NCBI GenBank assembly: GCA_008632985.1 | Contig: QPGO01000173.1 | Location: 124,001-161,501 of the forward strand | Reading direction: 5' to 3' | DNA: 37,501 nucleotides | Source: Psammoneis japonica | Taxonomy: Eukaryota | Part shown: positions 31,119 to 37,501 of the stretch, piece by piece | How positions within the stretch are numbered: the first letter of the stretch is position 1 | Layout of the letters: each line of letters starts with the position of its first letter | Position numbers and translations under genes: made by a program | The notes under the pieces: model-generated | Database searches by the model: none | The model's input: the letters and a program-made list of their open reading frames with translations, nothing else | What the model was told of the DNA's origin: nothing

Positions 31119-31852
31119 CTACGAGTAGGTAACCTACTAACAACATCAGAGCTACCGGCAGTGTCACGTTGGAGGAAGAAAGGTCGAGCCGGTTTGATCC
31201 TTTTCGGATAGCACCTTGGAAAAGTCAAAAACAAATTCGACTTGGAGAGTAGAATTATACTCTTTATTACAAAGAAACTGTCGGGTATTCCGCGATTCTT
31301 CATGATGGCTTCCAGACATCCTCTTTTTCCAACTTGTCTAGCAAAACTTCATCCTGTTGAGTTGGCGAAGTAACGCTCTTCGATATGACGGTACCAAAGA
31401 TGCGCACCGTCCTACTAAAAGAAGCCATCTATGCGACAGCAACAGAGTATGGACCATCGTGCTTTGAATTCACTGGTTTGGGGTTGATGCGGTTCATGCA
31501 CATGGGTCGCATCGGGTCGCATGGTGCTCGAGTGCATGGTCGCGAGTCGCGAGTCGCGAGTGAGGAGGTAGGTGGCTGGCCTGGCTGGTACTTCTATCAT
31601 GGTATGGCTGGTTTTAGATACACCGGTAGGTACCGGTACGTCGTCGTACGGTAAGCTGCAGAGCAAGTCTCGAACTATGTCCGAATCATTCGGTGGTCAT
31701 CGATGTACTGGTCATTCTACGGAAAATACGTAGAAAGGGCTCGTCCGGTACAATCTACGGTGGCTACGTGAGAGTAGCATGGCTCCTCGCCAAAACTTCA
31801 AGGTTTTTGGTAAATACTTCAAGTTTGACAAAGTGTATCGTAGCCATCGTAG

Positions 31853-31964
31853 GTTTGTACTGGGCAGGTACTTTCTACGTTTGTACTGGGCAGGTACTTT
31901 CTACGTTTGTACTGGGCAGGTACTTTCTACGCTTGTACTGGGCATGTATTTTCTACGCTTGTAC
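31853..31964. repeat. 26-bp tandem repeat, about 4.3 copies (gtttgtactgggcaggtactttctac)
   Basis: Three identical copies (31853-31930), one diverged copy (31931-31956) and a partial copy; no spacers. Confidence 0.95.
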
Positions 31965-32903
31965 CGGTCGAGCGCTTTTTACGTATTTTCGCGTAGCACG
32001 CCCAGCCCAGATTGGAACCCCACGTACGCGTACGCACATACTGTACTACAGTAGATGTTCCGAGATTCAAATTTGAAATTTGGAATTGTTCTGTCCGTGG
32101 TGAGTCGCGGGATGGACGAGAACCACACAACATGCAACATGCATCCATGTCTGACGTCTGACAAGCGGCAAGAAACCTGACAATCGACCGCAGAGAATGC
32201 TCCATACAACTGAAGCCATTCATCAAAGCGAATTGGCATCCCTTCCATCCTTTCTGTCGTTTCTGTTTGCTGGTGACAACGCGACAAAGCCGGGCGCAGC
32301 ACGCAACGCAAAAACACAGTCGATGAACAACATCCTCCTAATGGATGATGGGCGTGCACGGTTTGACTCGCTTGATGCAAGGCTGACAAAACACGTGTAT
32401 TTCTAAGGTGCAGTGACAATGTGCTATCAACGGATCCGCTTGTTCAGTAGAGAATCCCAATCCCAATCATCCCACCTTATTCTACTCTTGCGATCGACGG
32501 TCGATGGGAATGAGTTGGCCTTTCAGCCCTACCTCGTCGCCTATGCCCTATGCTCGATACTACAATGACGCAGCACCTCTTTCTCGGGATTGAAGTGTCA
32601 TCGCTTGAATGTGACTGGCAGAGTTCGTGAATTGCCTCCAACGCAACGCGAATATGAAGCTGCACGTGTTGTGGGACGGACCGGTTCATCGACTAAAGTC
32701 CGAATCGATGGAGACGCGAAAAAACGCAAGAAACAATGAGTGGTCGCCGACTTGTATCAGCTTTCTACTATTGACAACTTTCCCCGTTCCAAGCCCAAGA
32801 ACAACAACACCGTACGCGATAAGATTCAATGAAAGCCAAACGAACAAAATAAAATCTGGACCGTCGCGGTAAGTCAGAAAAGTACCTAATCATACATGAA
32901 CGC

Positions 32904-33140
32904 GGCTAGGACTCTTGAAGGAGGATGCACTTCTCCGGACACTGATTGAAGCAGAAACGCCAAAGTAGCCGCCGATTACAAGTGGTTCAGCATTGCTACG
33001 TAGGTACAAGGCCGTTTCTGAAAGCAGTGCCGCGACAAGTAGAACGATCTGTTACAGCCAATAAAAAGAGTGATCCATGGACGATGGAGGAGGACGCAAA
33101 TCTTTTCGTCCTTCAAAAGGAACTGGGGAACCAGGAAGTT
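32904..33140 (+). pseudogene. Decayed Myb-repeat (R2R3-like) transcription factor fragment
   Basis: EDALLRTLIEA, KQCRDK* (the conserved Trp position reads TAG) and KKSDPWTMEEDANLFVLQKELGN, spread across frames. Confidence 0.7.
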
Positions 33141-33972
33141 TATCTTGCTTCGCAGAGAAACTACCACAACACAAACAACTCAAGTACTAACACCTGCCAT
33201 ACTCTTCACGTCGTTCCCATATAGGTAGACAATCATCGCGTGTCAACTTTCGAGATGGATAGATAACGAAGTCGAGAATAGATGATATTCCGTCATGCGG
33301 ACGAAGAACAAGAAGGCTATATAACGACCGAAGGAAACGTCTACTTCTAACAAAAAAAAGGCCGGAAAAATAGCTTCCAGCAGTCACGATGGCAGCTGTC
33401 AACTTTTACCTTCCAAGCATCATCCTAATGGGAAAATAGTACAAGAATCGGCCAATACTCCCCTTCTCCGCGCGCGCTGTTACCAATACAGCAATCCGGT
33501 ACGCCAACGCCATCAACAGGTATGAATCTGAACGATTTGGCGCCGTGGTGTTTTCTAACACATTTTCGTTTCGTCACAGCAATAAAAGATACGCAAGATG
33601 ACATAATGTATTATAATTGCTGTCATACTCTTTACAAATTACTCTTCCTCTGCTCATGGAACAGAGGTTACCAACGGGTCTGTGACATAAACTGCAGTCG
33701 ATTCCGTCTGCAGCTTATGGCCGATTTAGGAGCTCCGACGTGAAGGACACACGCAACGTTGCGTCGAGCAAACGAGCAACGACCGAGTTGACGATGTTTG
33801 TACATTGAAGCACAAAAGTGAATAGTTGCATCCTATTTACAAGGTTTTCATGATATCCGCCGACTATTATGAATTACTGTCCCTCGGTGAGGGACGTTTT
33901 TCTACCACTTGGTGTCAGTCAATTGCAGTTCATGATCAATGGTTCGAATCTTGGTGAATGCCATGACACGCT

Positions 33973-34825
33973 CTACGCAAGAGACAACTTCTGCTCAAGC
34001 TCTTCCTTGCGCTTGCAGATACGTCTGTACTCTTCATGGTCGGCATCCACAGAAGTCGGAACTGCTGCGACTGCGGTCTTCTCAGCACTGGTAGAGGCAA
34101 AAGGCTCAATGAGATCGAGACAGAGGTAACGAATGATACGGTCATGAAGCCTCGTTTTCAAAGCCTTGCCAGTTAGGAGAATCTCATGACGGAATCCGGA
34201 TTGTCGGCGAGTCCATTGTGGTGCAGCTTGTAGAGCACACTCATGCATTCATCGCGCGAAAGACGGCAAACTGCTGCCTTGGATGTCAAACCCGTATCAG
34301 CTCGGGCAAACGACATGGGATTCTTGGCATACTTCTTCTCCATGAAGCTCTGCGGAACCAGCCAGCGGTTTGGAGGGACTTCTGATTTGAGACGGCGAGC
34401 GAGTGTAGATCTTGGCACTTGAGAAAGGCTTGACCTTGAGCAGCTTTACAACGCTCCACTTCATCTTCCGCTTCACAGACCTGAGCTTGAAGCTTGTTCA
34501 AATTCGCTGAAGCTACACTGTACTTCCCCTTAGCCGCTTCAAAGTGATCGCTCTGGCCTTGGATTTTGAGCATGAGACGCGTTTGCTCATCACACGCCTT
34601 GTCGAAGCGAGCGCTCAACTCTTCTGGGCTACACTCCTCGCACTCCTTCTCGAACTCAGGGTGTAGATAAATCGCGATGCACAGACTTGGACAAGCAAAC
34701 TGCGAATGATGAGCCAGGAGACTTGCAGCAAAACCAGACAGTTCCTCGTTTCGGCGCTTCCTCTTGTTTGGCGTTTCGGCAACCGCCGCTCCCGCCGCCG
34801 CTTTGGCCGCTTGGCTAAAGTACAT
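33973..34825 (-). pseudogene. Frameshifted hypothetical coiled-coil protein
   Basis: Three overlapping minus-strand ORFs (34286..35017, 34173..34418, 33973..34248) appear to continue one another. Includes an NLS-like KRKRR and a helical heptad segment; no family recognised. Confidence 0.4.
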
Positions 34826-34840
34826 CGTGAAGGATCGGTA

Positions 34841-34903
34841 AAGACTGCTCGATGTAGATGGTGAACGGTGGTGAAGACTGCTCGATGTAGATGGTGAACG
34901 GTG
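34841..34903. repeat. 33-bp direct tandem duplication
   Basis: aagactgctcgatgtagatggtgaacggtg occurs at 34841 and again at 34874. Confidence 0.9.
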
Positions 34904-37403
34904 ACAGTGAGTGCGAACAACAAAATGACGAATGTCAAAATTGTGAGAGTGACTGAGGAGACTGATTTTGCTCTTCTCTTCTCTTGTGCGATCATCTCTC
35001 TGTAGAATCAATACCACATTCTACTGGTTCGAACGGCGCTTCCATTTCAAAAATTTGAAACACGTCCATTTTGAAACTCACGAAGTCTCTCGTGTGTTTT
35101 TTTCAAACCGAGCGACTTTTTTGGTGACTGGGGATTCAACTTGCTCATTCTACACAAAAGCTACGGGATTTGTCATACTGCTATTTTAATCGACTGTTTG
35201 CACCGCCACGACTTGATACGCGTAAGTGGAAGTGTACGAAGTTGCTCAGTAGATGACGTGGTCGCGATGAAAGCTATGTGAGAATGAAGCAGAGAATCAT
35301 CGTGCTGTCAAAGGTATTTTGTGACTATCTGCCGCTCAATCTTGCTCAATCAGCAAGTGGAGGTCTCTCGAACTAATCAAGTGCTGAATAAGGACATCCC
35401 ACTTATGGTGTCCTCCATGAACTCATTGATTTTTGGAAAACCAGTAGCATTGAAGCCGCCTTCGCATGACGCTGTAATTACGTCTTGCCAGCCTGCATGG
35501 TGCTGGTCTCTTTCGCGGCGTCAAAGAGTGTATTGAGCTGGAAAGAGACAGTGCGGAAGGCTTTCTATCGAACCTCACGTTTGGTGCTCGCCTCAAAGTT
35601 GATGCGGGTGCCTTATCGAACTTCGAAACGAAGACGGGTCTAATGAGTTCTACCGTGCAGCGTGCGTGGAGCCCTCGGGAGAGTGCGGGTTGGTCTCGCC
35701 TCGTTGAGGTAGAATCGTTTCTTATGTATCTATAATCGGCGACCTAAGCTTATCACTTCGTTTGGATGAGTTTTTGCCTTTCAACGACTGGCTGCTTGAA
35801 CTTGCTTCCCTTTTTCAAGGAGAACACACACGCAACCAACTCTGATTGGAACTAGAGAAAGAAAAATGGCAATAGAAAAGGGAGCTCCAGATGCTTCTGC
35901 GAAGCAGGAACTGACGGGATACACATGATGCTACACAAAACGTCAAAGAGAGAAGATTTTATCTACATTGGTTCCAGCAGCCTCTTACGGTATTTATATC
36001 TGAACACGCTTCCGAATAAGCGATAATTTCTGATACTGACTTTGCAAGCATGCTGCGAGAACCTTCACGGCTCCTTGAATCGCAAAGCTGTAGAGACAGG
36101 GCGTTTCTATTCGCGTTGACGGCATGTTTCCGTCCGACTCGACCAGCCTGTCATTATCTCTTTGCGAAGGTTCAATGGCACGCTCTTCACCACGATGATT
36201 CGAGATTCCAAAGCGGTTCAACATCATCGTTTCCGTAAAAAGGCGCCTATCATCCCTGGCTGGGGATTGTTTCTTCCATGTAATGAGTGCTCTCCATTCG
36301 TTTTTGCTTGTGGCAACGGTTTTTGGTGTATTGGTTACCATGATAGTCTCATGAGCCACACATGTTTTCCTGGTTAGCACTATCCGATATTAAAGCCCAA
36401 GACTATGGGCTCAAGAAAAGATCAAGCGCCGAGAAACGCGGTGCTATTTCCACCTCTATCAGGTCGTGGTTCCAGTGGCAAGATCAGTAGGGCGTATAGA
36501 AGAGGGAGAATAGAAAACCCAACGCATACGTGAGCTGACATAGTTGTAGTTCTATTTTCAATTTCACCTTGCAGATACTTCTACGAACTAACATCGTACG
36601 TTATCATTATTGTAGAAGTACCTACCGGTAACATAATGCGTAGAGTGAAATCATCACGTGACGACTCTCCCGCCAAGTGAGCATCAATACATCAGAAGCG
36701 ATTGCAGCGACAACTGAACAACAGAAATGGCGACCTTTTACTCTCTGTTTCGTTGGCGACTTGGCAGCATCGTATATCATATAGTCTCTGTCGGTGTAGA
36801 CTATAACGCGAAAATCTTTACAATTCTCTCAGGATCCTCCGGGCCAGCCATATTCGTAAAAGTTGATCTGGTCAACTCCAATTGCATACGAGATGGTGAA
36901 AGCAATACCGCGCAAAGAAAAACAAGAACGCCCAAAATTCTACTTCCGAAATGGGGCTTTCGGTTCAACTCCTCCAAAAATCGACACTTGAATGTCATGT
37001 GGTATCCATTGTACGACACTGGTTGATCTGAACTAAAGGCATGATTAAAAAATTTTTGAGAGCTTGAACAAACCGGTGAAAACTTGCATCCTCAAATGCC
37101 TAAAAAACATGAGCGTACTTGTTGCAATTATGCTGTCATGACTTGCCAAGGTGTCAGCTCCAGAATTGTCCAGTGTGGAATTGTTTCGTCTACCTTTCTT
37201 TAACAGAGCCGCAGAGCAGCAATGAAAATCGAAGACCCCCCCCCCCCCCCCCCTTAGAAGAGCCACAGAGCAGCAACGGCAATAGAAGTACTAGTTCAAA
37301 CGGATGGTGCTTTTGCACCCATGAAAATATTCAAGATGGTGAGGATCACATTACGTGCCAATAGCTTATCATACATACCCTCTTACCGGATTGATATATA
37401 TCC

Positions 37404-37501
37404 ACACCACCCATTTGAATACCCGCATCATTCTTCGTGCCCAATCCGACAGCGGCTCGTTTCTTGGAGCGTTCTTGTTGCTGTTTTGTTGTTGCGTCGA
37501 G
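37404..37501 (-). pseudogene. Diverged duplicate fragment of the 5' region of the SET-domain gene (runs off the window end)
   Basis: caccacccatttgaatacccgcatcatt...gcccaatccg...tttcttggagcgttcttgtt...ttttgttgttgcgt matches ~28778-28882 with indels. Confidence 0.88.

Noticed and set aside
31853..31964. 26-bp repeats as a CRISPR array
   Set aside because: The copies are directly adjacent with no spacers, the context is eukaryotic, and there are no cas genes.

Overview
Eukaryotic genomic DNA, most likely from a diatom (short GT-AG introns, an ASAFAP-type plastid-targeting signal, frustulin-type Cys-rich repeats). Recognisable genes: a PhyH-type Fe(II)/2OG dioxygenase, SAM synthetase (2 exons), a secreted frustulin-repeat/PhoX phosphatase, an SGNH-like membrane protein, a Kelch protein, an SLC43/FMP42-like MFS transporter (one apparent frameshift), a ThiD-ThiE fusion (4 exons) and a plastid SET/Rubisco-LSMT-like methyltransferase, followed by several pseudogene fragments. 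The most striking signal is three sharply bounded blocks (~3.7-9.3, ~12.6-15.8, ~17.4-21.3 kb) that are almost free of TpA and strongly depleted of CpG. Block 3 holds two decayed copies of a locally triplicated segment, and alignment to the near-intact copy shows systematic TA->TG/CA (A>G on either strand) plus CG->TG/CA changes. Surviving TAs are mostly in YTAR contexts. This suggests a domain-targeted, TpA-directed hypermutation process running opposite in direction to fungal RIP. Separately, the SAM synthetase gene carries two TACAGAGG motifs in hairpins (intron and 3'UTR) resembling METTL16/METT-10 SAM-feedback sites. All alignments and counts were done by eye; no database or literature search was possible.
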